Below, in pieces: positions 30,324 through 39,270 of a DNA stretch of 64,000 nucleotides (its first letter is position 1; each line of letters opens with the position of its first letter). Source of the DNA: Verrucomicrobia bacterium Tous-C9LFEB (lineage in GTDB: Bacteria; Acidobacteriota; Terriglobia; Terriglobales; Acidobacteriaceae); the NCBI GenBank assembly GCA_964657685.1, contig CAZZWG010000001.1:13642-77641 (forward strand), written 5' to 3'. Below the pieces are notes generated by a model. The model was not told the origin of the DNA, made no database searches, and saw nothing but the letters and a program-made list of their open reading frames with translations. A program made the position numbers and the translations under genes.

Positions 30324-32921
30324 TCACTCAGCGAGTACGTCAGAGCTCTCGATCTCATCGACGGCGATTTTCAGAGCAAACCCGAGTTTGCGGAAGCCTT
30401 CTCGCCAGTCATGATGCCATGCACGACTTTCCGATCTACGCATCAGTTGACTCCAGATGTTCTGCGCCTGCCAAAGATTAGTGGGTCCAGGCAACATACG
30501 GAGGCCTTCCGCAACGGCTAGGGTTTCGATCATCACCTTCATCTTCTGGGTCGGTTCACTTGCTTCCAGAGCCATCATTGCCCGCTTCATACGACCATCT
30601 GCCGTGAAACTAAGCATTGGTAGGTCCAGGACTACGTTATCCATTTCAGCGCGGCGAAGCAGTCTGGCAACCTCCGCGGAGACGTAGTTTTCTGCCTCCA
30701 ATGCCCGACGTAAACTCGCGTTAATGGCGAACCCTGCTGTTAGAGCAAGCGCGGGTGGCGTAGGGAAGTTTGATTCTTCCAGAAAGTGAAGCAGCGTCGC
30801 ATGCTCCTCATAGATCCGAATCAGCGAATCTTCTAGATCGGTAAGTGTGTCATTTAGGATTGTTTTCAAAATTCTCTGCTGCTCGTCAGCGAATAATGAT
30901 GGCAATGAGTACCGTCGATCGCCGAAGGTACTGTCCATGAGTTGGAAAACTTCCGGCAGGTTGGAGCGGCGGACGGCAGTGGGCGCCTTTTCCTTGAATT
31001 CCTTCCAAGTAGTTTCCTTCAGATCCGGAAAGCACTTCACGGCTGCAGACAGGTTCTGGTCGCCAAGATGCAGGACAGCGAAGCCTACATCTTGTGTCTC
31101 TTCGGTGATGCGCGATCGCAGGCGTGCACGACCTATGCCGACCCGCCCTCGTCCGCTTGTGAGGACGTCGTAGGCCTGTTCTTCTACGTCGTAACAGAAG
31201 ATACTCCCTACGTTTGATGACGAGCGAAACATCGATGCGATTGCATGATGCGCACCGACACTCTCAAGGTCAATGCGAGCGCCGGCAACATGTTGCAGAT
31301 AAACCTGGGCGCCGTCCCCCACTTCGGGGATATTGCTTTTCGCCTGGGCAAGAAACGCGAGGAACTCTGCTTCCAAGCCAATTCCGTCAGAACCGAAAAG
31401 TCTCGCGGCCAGTTGCAGTACTCTGCCAGCATAGGCAATGATCTGCACCGTTTCTATACCGGAGATTTCGTCAAAGAACCATCCGCAACTGGTGTACATA
31501 AGCTGGCTGTAGCGCTCGAGTTCGAGAAGTTCCAAGACGCTGACACGTTCAGACTGACTTAGGAGATGGGTTGTATGCTCGCCGAAGAAACGATCAACAT
31601 TTTGCCGGCTCCGATCGAGGATTACAGTGATATAAGCATCGCGGGCGGCCCAGAAGTCCTTCAGCAACGGCGCAGCGAGTTGGACGGCAAGTAAGGATGT
31701 GCGATCCCGCAGAAAATCCAACGCGGCTCGCAGGGGTCCACGCCAAGTCTGGTTCCATCCAGGCTTTCCGCCATTACAGCCGCAGTCCGACCGCCATCGC
31801 TCCACACCATGGAAACAACTCCACGAAGAGTTTTCGACGACCTCGGCTTCCCAAGTAGGAGGAAAAGCCGCGAGGTATTCTCCGTAATTGGTCACACGAG
31901 CAAGACGTTTGTCTTCGATCCACTGGAGGGCATAGCTCAAGGCCATTTCGCCGTGCCGGTGATGATGCCCATAGCTCTCGCCGTCGGTGGCAACGTGAGC
32001 GAGTTGGGCACGAGAAGAGCCACTGGCAGTGTTCTCCTCCTGGAATGAGGTCAATAGCCGCCTGGCAAACGTTTCACCTGAGTTGAGCAAACCTTCAAAG
32101 GCGATGGCGCGGGAGGTCGGTCCGTCGTAGAAGAAGACCGAAATGGAACGCCCCTCGTCGAGCGCAACGACGTACGGCTGGGTGGGATCAACGGACGCGT
32201 CGAAGGTTTCCCGCCAAGCTTGGATGGGGTGCTGCTCGAGAGAAGGCGAAGCCACTCCAGTGCCTTCAGACTCGAGACCGTCGCCTACTTGAGTGGCTGC
32301 CGGGACAGGGCGCACGCGGGCGCATTGGTTCGGGGCCAGGATAGTGAATTTAATTCCTTCCTGGGCCATAAGATCAAGCACTGCACGAGACACAGCGGTT
32401 TCCGCGAGCCACATGCCTTCCGGCTTGCGTCCGAAACGGTGCTCAAAGTCAGCGATTCCCCAGCGGATCTGAGTCTGTGCGTCTCGTCTCGACGCTAGGG
32501 GCATGATGATGTGGTTGTAAACCTGTGCCAATGCGGAGCCATGGCCGCCGAAACGTTGTGCGCTCCTCTTGTCTGCGTCCAGGATGGCGGTATAGGTGCG
32601 ATTTGCAGATTCCTGCAGCCAGCTGAGTAGTGTAGGGCCAAAGTTGTAGCTCATCTGTGCGTAATTGTTGAGGATGCGCGTGATCTGGCCCTGATCGTTA
32701 GTGATACGCGACGCACTGTTGGGCGCGTAGCACTCAGCGGTAATCCGTTCATTCCAATCATGGAACGGGCTTGCGGAGCTCTGGACCCCTACGGTCTCGA
32801 GCCATGGATTTTCACGGGGAGGCTGATAGAAATGTCCATGCACACAGACGAAGCGTTGAACTCCTGAAAACGGTTCAGCGCTGGAGGCGTCTGCTCTCGT
32901 ATGTTCGGTTGCCGACGACAT
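30324..32921 (-). CDS. Glycoside hydrolase family 57 / DUF3536 protein
   Basis: CVHGHFYQPPRENPW, YNHIIMPL, GMWLAETA, ATDGESYGHH, SWSCFHGVERW and MYTSCGWFFD motifs. Start set at ATG 32921. Confidence 0.9.
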   Translation of the reverse strand: MSSATEHTRADASSAEPFSGVQRFVCVHGHFYQPPRENPWLETVGVQSSASPFHDWNERITAECYAPNSASRITNDQGQITRILNNYAQMSYNFGPTLLSWLQESANRTYTAILDADKRSAQRFGGHGSALAQVYNHIIMPLASRRDAQTQIRWGIADFEHRFGRKPEGMWLAETAVSRAVLDLMAQEGIKFTILAPNQCARVRPVPAATQVGDGLESEGTGVASPSLEQHPIQAWRETFDASVDPTQPYVVALDEGRSISVFFYDGPTSRAIAFEGLLNSGETFARRLLTSFQEENTASGSSRAQLAHVATDGESYGHHHRHGEMALSYALQWIEDKRLARVTNYGEYLAAFPPTWEAEVVENSSWSCFHGVERWRSDCGCNGGKPGWNQTWRGPLRAALDFLRDRTSLLAVQLAAPLLKDFWAARDAYITVILDRSRQNVDRFFGEHTTHLLSQSERVSVLELLELERYSQLMYTSCGWFFDEISGIETVQIIAYAGRVLQLAARLFGSDGIGLEAEFLAFLAQAKSNIPEVGDGAQVYLQHVAGARIDLESVGAHHAIASMFRSSSNVGSIFCYDVEEQAYDVLTSGRGRVGIGRARLRSRITEETQDVGFAVLHLGDQNLSAAVKCFPDLKETTWKEFKEKAPTAVRRSNLPEVFQLMDSTFGDRRYSLPSLFADEQQRILKTILNDTLTDLEDSLIRIYEEHATLLHFLEESNFPTPPALALTAGFAINASLRRALEAENYVSAEVARLLRRAEMDNVVLDLPMLSFTADGRMKRAMMALEASEPTQKMKVMIETLAVAEGLRMLPGPTNLWQAQNIWSQLMRRSESRAWHHDWREGFRKLGFALKIAVDEIESSDVLAE

Positions 32922-32998
32922 CCTTCCATGGTACTTGGAGCGGGTGCCTTCCCACTGACTCGACTGTGTTAGAGCGAGACTCCCTTCTGGGCATGGGT

Positions 32999-33445
32999 TT
33001 ACAACGTGATGGGCACGGCGCTTGGGTTGGCGGCACGAACGCGGGTATCGGCGTAGGAAACGGCAGCGATGGTGATCCAGTAGGCGGCAATCGCGCCAAA
33101 GGTGAAGAAGCGGCCGAGTAAGAGCTTGCCCGCGACCGTCTCGCGGAAGCGATCCAAAGGAGGCCAGTACAGGAGCTTTGTGAGTTCGACCGCGAGAGCA
33201 AGGAGGGCAGAAAGGGCGCCCAGCCGGACCGATGGCCATTGCGGCTGCAGGCTTGCTACAGTCCAGTACACTGCGATCGCCCACAGCGCGGATCCGCCGT
33301 ATTTGTAAGCAAAGGGAGGAAGGTGGAGTGGTGCGAGTCTCCATAGGAGACCGAGAGGGATAGTGGTTGTCAAAAGGGCTAAACAGGCGGTACGACGAGC
33401 TACGACGATGCGGAAAGATGACGGCCTGGGGTGACTCATCTTCAA
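32999..33445 (-). CDS. DUF2809 (YjgA-like) membrane protein
   Basis: KYGGSALWA, VELTKL and GKLLLGRFF pattern with four TMs. Confidence 0.7.
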   Translation of the reverse strand: MKMSHPRPSSFRIVVARRTACLALLTTTIPLGLLWRLAPLHLPPFAYKYGGSALWAIAVYWTVASLQPQWPSVRLGALSALLALAVELTKLLYWPPLDRFRETVAGKLLLGRFFTFGAIAAYWITIAAVSYADTRVRAANPSAVPITL

Positions 33446-33534
33446 CGGGCAGGTCTTTCGTTAACCAAGATCTCTGGCGAATTTATGGCGGCGGCCATCA
33501 GCGAAGGCAGGTGGTGGACGACGCAACACTGCGA

Positions 33535-34175
33535 TTACTGGGTGGTGCGAGGAGTCGGGGAAGGTGGCTCTGCGCGTGTGAAGGTGTAGCGGTGGCGAAA
33601 CACAAATGGATCTGAGGAGCCACTGGCGTGGACTTCTTCGAGCCAGGAAAGGAGATTGCGGCGGAGTGTACAGACGGTGCGGATCTCAGCGGGACTCTTA
33701 TTGTCTCGGCTGAAACCCTCGAGGGTGAGGACGCCTAAGCCGCCTTTTAATTGTTCCAGGCCGGTGATCGTCAAGGTCTGTGTTGTTCCGTCACTACTCA
33801 AGATTTTGTAGCTTTTCGCTCTTGTGTTCAGAACCAGAACGCTATGTTCTGACACTGTCTTGGAGGGTCCGTCATCATAGGTGTACTCCAGGCGAGACCA
33901 TCAGGAGCTCGACTAACAATCAACCAGGTTGGAAGTTCCACACGTTTTAAGGAAGTTGCGGGCTCGCTGTAATCGCGGTATTCGAGAACGCCGGTCCATC
34001 GTCCCAGCAAGGCGCCGGTGATAGCTGCTTGGGCGTCAGGAGCGGCGGCAACCGGCGGCAGGGCGGCCTGTGGCCAGAGGAGCGGGGCGTTAAGGATCAG
34101 GACAAGAGCAAACATGCGCACGCAGAGTCGCAAAAGGATGATTCCAGAGGGCCCGCGGTTTCGACGCTCACGCAA
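33535..34175 (-). pseudogene. Exported beta-rich hypothetical protein split by an apparent 1-bp frameshift
   Basis: Signal peptide plus GRWTGVLEYRDY in one frame continues as EYTYDDGPSKTVSEHS...FVFRHRYTFTR in another. Junction ctcgcctggagtac near 33890. Could be a sequencing error. Confidence 0.55.
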
Positions 34176-34641
34176 CGGGTGAATCGTGGATGGTGGTCAG
34201 TTTTAGGACTTCAAGTTCCCGCTTGCCGTTGGGTGTGGTCACGACGGCGGTGTCGCCGACTTCTTTACCAATCAGAGCGCGGCCGATAGGGGAGGTTGTG
34301 GAGATGAGACCTTTCACTACATCGGACTCTTCGCTGGTAACAAGTTTATAGGTGAGTTCCTGGTCCTTGTCTGTATCGAGGACAACGATTGTGGAGCCGA
34401 AGCCGACCTTGTTGTGGGGAATGTTGGCCATGTTGACAAGGGACAATTCGGCCATCCGGCGCTTCAGTTGGCCGAGGCGGGCATTGACAAATTGCTGCCT
34501 CTGCTTGGCCATATGGTACTCGGCATTTTCGGAAAGATCTCCGAGAGCCACGGCCTTCTTGATCTCGGCGGGGAGTTCGGTGGTGAGTTCGTGCTCGAGT
34601 TGCCGGATTTGCTCGTCGAGAGCTTTCTTGATGTCCTGCAT
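34168..34641 (-). CDS. greA: Transcription elongation factor GreA
   Basis: GDLSENAEYHMAK, VGFGSTI and ISTTSPIGRALIGK motifs; TATAAT on the minus strand at 34757-34762. Confidence 0.93.
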   Translation of the reverse strand: MQDIKKALDEQIRQLEHELTTELPAEIKKAVALGDLSENAEYHMAKQRQQFVNARLGQLKRRMAELSLVNMANIPHNKVGFGSTIVVLDTDKDQELTYKLVTSEESDVVKGLISTTSPIGRALIGKEVGDTAVVTTPNGKRELEVLKLTTIHDSPVA

Positions 34642-34867
34642 GGGCGGGCTCTGCTGTAAGCAGCTCTCCTTTGACTGTACTTGGGACTACGGGTGTGACT
34701 GGAATGCACAGACGTATGAAGAGCTTGCGCGAGCACGACGTCTGTTTCAAACGCTGATTATAGCGGGTGGCGACGGGTGTGGGCCTTCTATAACGGTTTC
34801 TCGGATGACGCTCAGCACACGAGATTTCGATTTGGCGAACCCAGTCTGACACAGAGAGAGAGATCAA

Positions 34868-35350
34868 CTAGTGGGTTTCCAGATCGTCCTCCGGGTCTGG
34901 AAGAAGACTTGGGCCGTTTTGCCGACTCAAAAACGCTTCGAGCAGCAACGTAGCGGCTGCCTGATCGATGAAGGCCTTCTGTGCGACGCGGGCCGCAGGA
35001 CCTCCCCTAGAACGGTGTGCGTCCAGGATGGAATGAGCCTCATGGGTGGTGAGCCGCTCGTCGAGTGTGTGGTGGGCCAGTGTTGGGAATTCGACAATAA
35101 GTGCCTGGGCGAATGCGCGGGCTTTTAATGTCTGGGGACTGGTGGATCCGTTGGCGTTCAATGGATCACCGACCACAAGCGTTTCCACATTATGTCGGCG
35201 TATGAAGCGTCCGATGCTCTTCAGATCGGCCCGGAGGGTGGTGCGATGGAGGGTGAAGAGAGGTTGGGCGGTGAGGTTAAGAGCATCCGTGATGGCCAGA
35301 CCGATGCGCCGATCACCTACGTCAAGAGCGAGCGTTCGACCAACGGACAT
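34868..35350 (-). CDS. ruvX: RuvX/YqgF pre-16S rRNA maturation nuclease
   Basis: LALDVGDRRIGLA, DERLTT and IDQAAA motifs. Confidence 0.92.
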   Translation of the reverse strand: MSVGRTLALDVGDRRIGLAITDALNLTAQPLFTLHRTTLRADLKSIGRFIRRHNVETLVVGDPLNANGSTSPQTLKARAFAQALIVEFPTLAHHTLDERLTTHEAHSILDAHRSRGGPAARVAQKAFIDQAAATLLLEAFLSRQNGPSLLPDPEDDLETH

Positions 35351-35461
35351 GCTGGTAGTGTATTTGCCGGCGATGGGTTCGCTTCAGGCCTTCGTCCCTG
35401 ACGCGTTGAGAGTATCAAGGAATGTCAACGAGGGTTTTAGACTCGAGAAGGAGCCTTTCAC

Positions 35462-36466
35462 TTGCGTCTCGTTAAGTTGTTGATCGTGTTCGTTCCTGTA
35501 CTGCTGTTGTGTCTCGTCTATGTTGTTCTAGCGCCATATGGGCCTGAGCGCGAGACCTTCGTTGACATTCCTGTTCACTCCGGAAGGTTTGGCATCGCGG
35601 TTGATCTAGAGAGAAGCGGCGTGATCCGCAGTCGTTGGATTTTTGCGCTGCTGCGCGAGTTGCCGGGGGGATCATTGAAGGCGGGAGAGTATCGGTTCGA
35701 CCATCGGGCATCCATGCTCGAGGTCTATCGCCGGTTGCAGCGGGGGGATGTTTTCACGGTTGCCGTGGTGATCCCGGAGGGGTTCAATCTGGTCGACGTT
35801 GCGCAGGCCGTAGAAGCCGCTGGACTGATGCCTCAACAGACCTTCCTGGAGGCAGCGAGGAAGGAGACGAGTCTGGTCCGCCGTTGGAGTCCGAGCGCGA
35901 CCTCGGTAGAAGGTTACCTTTTTCCAGATACCTACCGCTTCAGCCGTCATGCCACCCCGGAGTTGATGCTGGCTACTATGACTCGCCGGTTCGGGCAAAT
36001 GGCGCTGCGTCTTGGGCTTACAGGAGTGGAGGTGCCACGTGTGGTGACGATGGCATCGCTGGTCGAACGCGAGGTACATGCCGACGCAGAACGTCCCGTG
36101 GTTGCGGGAGTCTTCGAGAACAGACTGCGCTTAGGTATGCCCTTACAGACCGATCCTTCGGTCGCGTACGGCTCGATGTTACGTGGCACATGGACGGGAG
36201 TAATTCACCAGAGCGAACTGCGGAGCGATTCCGCATACAACACTTACGTGCACACTGGCTTACCTCCGGGACCAATTTGCAACCCTGGCCGCGCTGCGCT
36301 GGAAGCCGCGCTTCACCCGGCAGCGACAGACTTTCTTTATTTTGTGGCGAACGCGGACGGTTCAACGCATTTCGCCAGAAACCTGCGTGAACACAACGCC
36401 AACGTCGTGGAATACAGAAGACTGTCCGGTGATGCTGCGAGTTCCCGTTCCACGGGAAATCACTAG
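35462..36466 (+). CDS. mltG: Endolytic transglycosylase MltG
   Basis: N-terminal TM; LKAGEY, IPEG, EGYLFPDTY, ASLVERE, LQTDP, YNTY..GLPPGPICNPG and LYFVA motifs. Confidence 0.95.
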   Translation: MRLVKLLIVFVPVLLLCLVYVVLAPYGPERETFVDIPVHSGRFGIAVDLERSGVIRSRWIFALLRELPGGSLKAGEYRFDHRASMLEVYRRLQRGDVFTVAVVIPEGFNLVDVAQAVEAAGLMPQQTFLEAARKETSLVRRWSPSATSVEGYLFPDTYRFSRHATPELMLATMTRRFGQMALRLGLTGVEVPRVVTMASLVEREVHADAERPVVAGVFENRLRLGMPLQTDPSVAYGSMLRGTWTGVIHQSELRSDSAYNTYVHTGLPPGPICNPGRAALEAALHPAATDFLYFVANADGSTHFARNLREHNANVVEYRRLSGDAASSRSTGNH

Positions 36467-36645
36467 CGGCTCACGGTCTTGGAGACAAAGGCAGTCTTCT
36501 TCAGGCGACCAGCATTATGCTCCGTTAAATGAAATAGACGCAAGCGAATACAGGGCGAAAGCCTGCGTATAGAATCCTCCATTTTGAGTCTAAGTTCTGA
36601 ATTTGCAATGGTTTTCTGGTGTTATTCGATGTGGAAAAAAGTTTG

Positions 36646-36674
36646 TTGACTCGCTCTTTGGGCCTAGTTATAAA
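36646..36674 (+). promoter_or_regulatory. Near-consensus sigma70 promoter
   Basis: TTGACT-N17-TATAAA preceded by an A-tract (GGAAAAAA) resembling an UP element. Confidence 0.7.
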
Positions 36675-36879
36675 CGCTACCTAGACCTAACCCAAAGGAG
36701 GAGAAGGAGTTAACACTTTGAGGGAAGCATGGCGCGACCTTTGGGTGAGTACCGAAAAGAGTTCTTGCTGAATAAGAGAGAACGCAACAGAGGTTCTTTG
36801 CTCGACATTGCTTAGAAGAAACAGGCACTGATCAGGGTAACTGGCTGGAACTGGAGATTGAGCGTGAACCAGGGAGAAT

Positions 36880-37074
36880 ATGAAGGCTTTGAAATTGGAG
36901 TTGAAGATATGCGAGGGGTGCGGAGTCTTGTGGATCCGGCCGCTTGTGAGTGGGGTGTACTGCAGACAGTGCACGTCGATATTGGCGGAGTTTCCGAGTC
37001 CACACAGCCGAAAGCGACCGGGAAGACCGAGGACGGTACGAGAAGTGGCGTTCGCAGCAGGCGTTCGCTCCTAG
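36880..37074 (+). CDS. Small Zn-ribbon protein with a basic tail
   Basis: CEGC...CRQC and RKRPGRPR (AT-hook-like); SD GGGAG upstream. Confidence 0.65.
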   Translation: MKALKLELKICEGCGVLWIRPLVSGVYCRQCTSILAEFPSPHSRKRPGRPRTVREVAFAAGVRS

Positions 37075-37130
37075 CCGTGGTACATCAAGCAACACCAAAC
37101 CCAACGCAGAGCAGTTCAAGGGGATGCAGA

Positions 37131-37769
37131 ATGATGCAGCAGAGCAGACTTTCGGTTATGTCAGGCCGTACACCTCTCAGGGGTGTACTTAGCACGCTTC
37201 AGGCGTCTGAAGAGGTACGCGAAGCGACAACAGGGCGGGTAGTGACCCTTCCGCAAGTATGGGCGGTCGCCGCACCCCGACTGGTGCGCGAGGTAAGTGC
37301 GGAGAAGGTCCCCGGGGCGAAGAAAGAGCTCACAAATCAGAATGCGAAGGGGCGAACTGTACCCCTAAAAGAGTTGGCGTTCTACCGGAAGTACACGGAA
37401 CGTTTGCTGGAGCGCTACGTGCAGATGTCGATGGAGGCGGGGCGGGTGTCGTCGATGATGGGGCACGAAGTGATTGGAGGCAAAGCGAGCAGCTACCGGA
37501 TCCATGGTTTCGATGATGCGGTTATATTCCGTCTAGATGTGGAGAAGTGCCTGGAGCACCTGAGTTCCAGGGAGAGGGAGGTCGTGCGGCGGGTTGCGAT
37601 GCAGGAATATACGCAAACAGAAGCTGCGGAGCTGATGGGTGTGAGCCTAAGGACGGTAGTTAACCGGTATGGGCGAGCTCTGGACCGGCTTACCGAGATA
37701 CTGTTGCGCACTCGGCTGTTGGATCCGATACGGGCCTGCCAGGCGGCCTCCCGTGCGAGGGCGCGATAG
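37131..37769 (+). CDS. Sigma70 region-4-like HTH regulator (phage late activator/antiterminator-like)
   Basis: C-terminal DVEKCLEHLSSREREVV...YTQTEAAELMGVSLRTVVNRYGRAL matches a sigma r4 HTH; no recognisable sigma region 2. Confidence 0.7.
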   Translation: MMQQSRLSVMSGRTPLRGVLSTLQASEEVREATTGRVVTLPQVWAVAAPRLVREVSAEKVPGAKKELTNQNAKGRTVPLKELAFYRKYTERLLERYVQMSMEAGRVSSMMGHEVIGGKASSYRIHGFDDAVIFRLDVEKCLEHLSSREREVVRRVAMQEYTQTEAAELMGVSLRTVVNRYGRALDRLTEILLRTRLLDPIRACQAASRARAR

Positions 37770-37846
37770 GTTCGGGCGTGCGCGGATCATCTACCGTTTT
37801 GAGTCGCGTACGATCATGGCGCCGGTTGGTAATTCTAAGGAACAGT

Positions 37847-37891
37847 AAGAGGGCTGATGATTCCGAGAGGGTTTCAGCCCCTTCTCTTTTT
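37847..37891 (+). terminator. Putative intrinsic terminator between the regulator and the TerS-like ORF
   Basis: AAGAGGGCTGA...TCAGCCCCTT stem followed by CTCTTTTT. Confidence 0.55.
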
Positions 37892-37900
37892 GGGGGGGCA

Positions 37901-38155
37901 ATGAAGGATGGAGTTTTTGAGGCTCCGCAGGCATGCAGACGGACACCTGCGCGCGAGCGGCCCCACGGTGATGACGAGAGGCTACTTCGGCCGTCCCAAT
38001 GCCGAAGTTATCTACGGCGCGAACTGGCTGAGCAATTACCGGGAGTTGTGAAAGCGCTCGTGGAGAGCGCGAAGACGGGGAGCTACCAGCACGTGAAGCT
38101 GATGACGGATTTGCTGGAGGTTCGCTCGGGAGAGACTGAGAAGAGGAAGAGGTAG
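37901..38155 (+). CDS. Hypothetical protein, possible small terminase subunit
   Basis: LRRELAEQLPGVVKALVESAKTGSYQHVKLMTDLL resembles the helical oligomerisation motif of small terminases (phBC6A51-like). The frame stays open to 38239 after the TAG. Confidence 0.4.
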   Translation: MKDGVFEAPQACRRTPARERPHGDDERLLRPSQCRSYLRRELAEQLPGVVKALVESAKTGSYQHVKLMTDLLEVRSGETEKRKR

Positions 38156-38302
38156 GGCCCCGGACCTCTGACGCGCGTGTTGCAGGAACTGGAGCGGAGG
38201 GATGCGGAGAGGACGCAACAAGCATTTGGGAGCGATTGACGATGTGCGGGTGAGTTACGGACGGCGCTGGGCGCGTTAGGCCGATATACTAAGAGACTGT
38301 CT

Positions 38303-39202
38303 ATGAAGAGTCGGCGATGGTGTGCGGGCCTGGTTGCGCTTGTGGGGGTATCCGGGTTGAGCGGTTGCTTCAGCAGTGTGCGCCGCGTGCAGAAGGTGGA
38401 CCTTCAGGCTCCGGGCACCTACAAGACAGCGTCCGTAGAGGAGCTGGAGAGAACGATATCGACGCGGGATGCGGCGATCAAGACGCTTCAGGCTTCCGTC
38501 ATCGTGACGGCAACAACGGGCGGCGAACGGACGGGAGAGGAGAAGACGTATACATCATTTCGCGGGTATATCTTTCTGAACAAGCCTCTGGATCTTCGGG
38601 TCATTCTACAGTTGCCGTTCGTAGGCTCGAAAGCAATGGATATGGTGAGCGATGGAAAGACTTTCACGCTGGTCATTCCCCCTAAGAGCACGGCGTACCT
38701 GGGCACCAACGCGGTGACAAAGCCATCGACGAACGGTTTGGAGAATCTCCGGCCTGCGGTTTTCCTCGATTCGTTGCTGGTGCCTGCTGTTTCAGAGGAC
38801 GAGTGGGTGACCTTGACGGAGTCAACGCGGATCGTACAGCCGGCGAAAGGGCGCAGGTCTGCGGTGGAAGAACCGGACTACGATCTTGAGGTGCTGAAGA
38901 TCGCGAAGGGCAAGGTGCTGCGCAGGGCACGGGTGGTGCATTTTAGCCGGGTTACGCTGCTGCCGTTCGAGCAGGATGTGTATGACAGCGAGGGGCAGCC
39001 AGTAACGCGGGCGCTCTATGAGAATTATCAACCTGCGGCGAACGGCGAACTAGAGCCGCGGAAAATCACGATCAGTCGCCCGTTAGACCAATACTCGCTG
39101 GTGGTCGATGTGACGAAACTAACGCTGAATCCGGCATTCGAAACGGATCAATTTGAGGCACCAAAGATCCCTGCGACTTTCAAAGTTGTGCGAATGCAGT
39201 AG
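38303..39202 (+). CDS. Lipoprotein with LolA/LolB-like (DUF4292-like) fold
   Basis: Lipobox LSGC; beta-rich body containing DMVSDGKTFTLVIPPK. Confidence 0.6.
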   Translation: MKSRRWCAGLVALVGVSGLSGCFSSVRRVQKVDLQAPGTYKTASVEELERTISTRDAAIKTLQASVIVTATTGGERTGEEKTYTSFRGYIFLNKPLDLRVILQLPFVGSKAMDMVSDGKTFTLVIPPKSTAYLGTNAVTKPSTNGLENLRPAVFLDSLLVPAVSEDEWVTLTESTRIVQPAKGRRSAVEEPDYDLEVLKIAKGKVLRRARVVHFSRVTLLPFEQDVYDSEGQPVTRALYENYQPAANGELEPRKITISRPLDQYSLVVDVTKLTLNPAFETDQFEAPKIPATFKVVRMQ

Positions 39203-39270
39203 AGGTGCGACTGGCCTGCTTGCCGGGACATTTCAGGCAATCATAGAGGGATTGAGAGTTGTGGCGCTAG

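Noticed and set aside
32922-33344. N-terminal extension of about 140 aa on the GH57 ORF in the ORF track
   Set aside because: Overlaps the DUF2809 gene in another frame; family similarity starts after ATG 32921, which has its own -10-like element.
35462-36466. mltG as the missing endolysin of the cluster
   Set aside because: Ordinary membrane-anchored housekeeping MltG in its common ruvX neighbourhood.
36858-37130. N-terminal extension making the sigma-r4-like ORF 303 aa (full sigma factor)
   Set aside because: Overlaps the better-supported Zn-ribbon ORF and shows no sigma region 2 motif.
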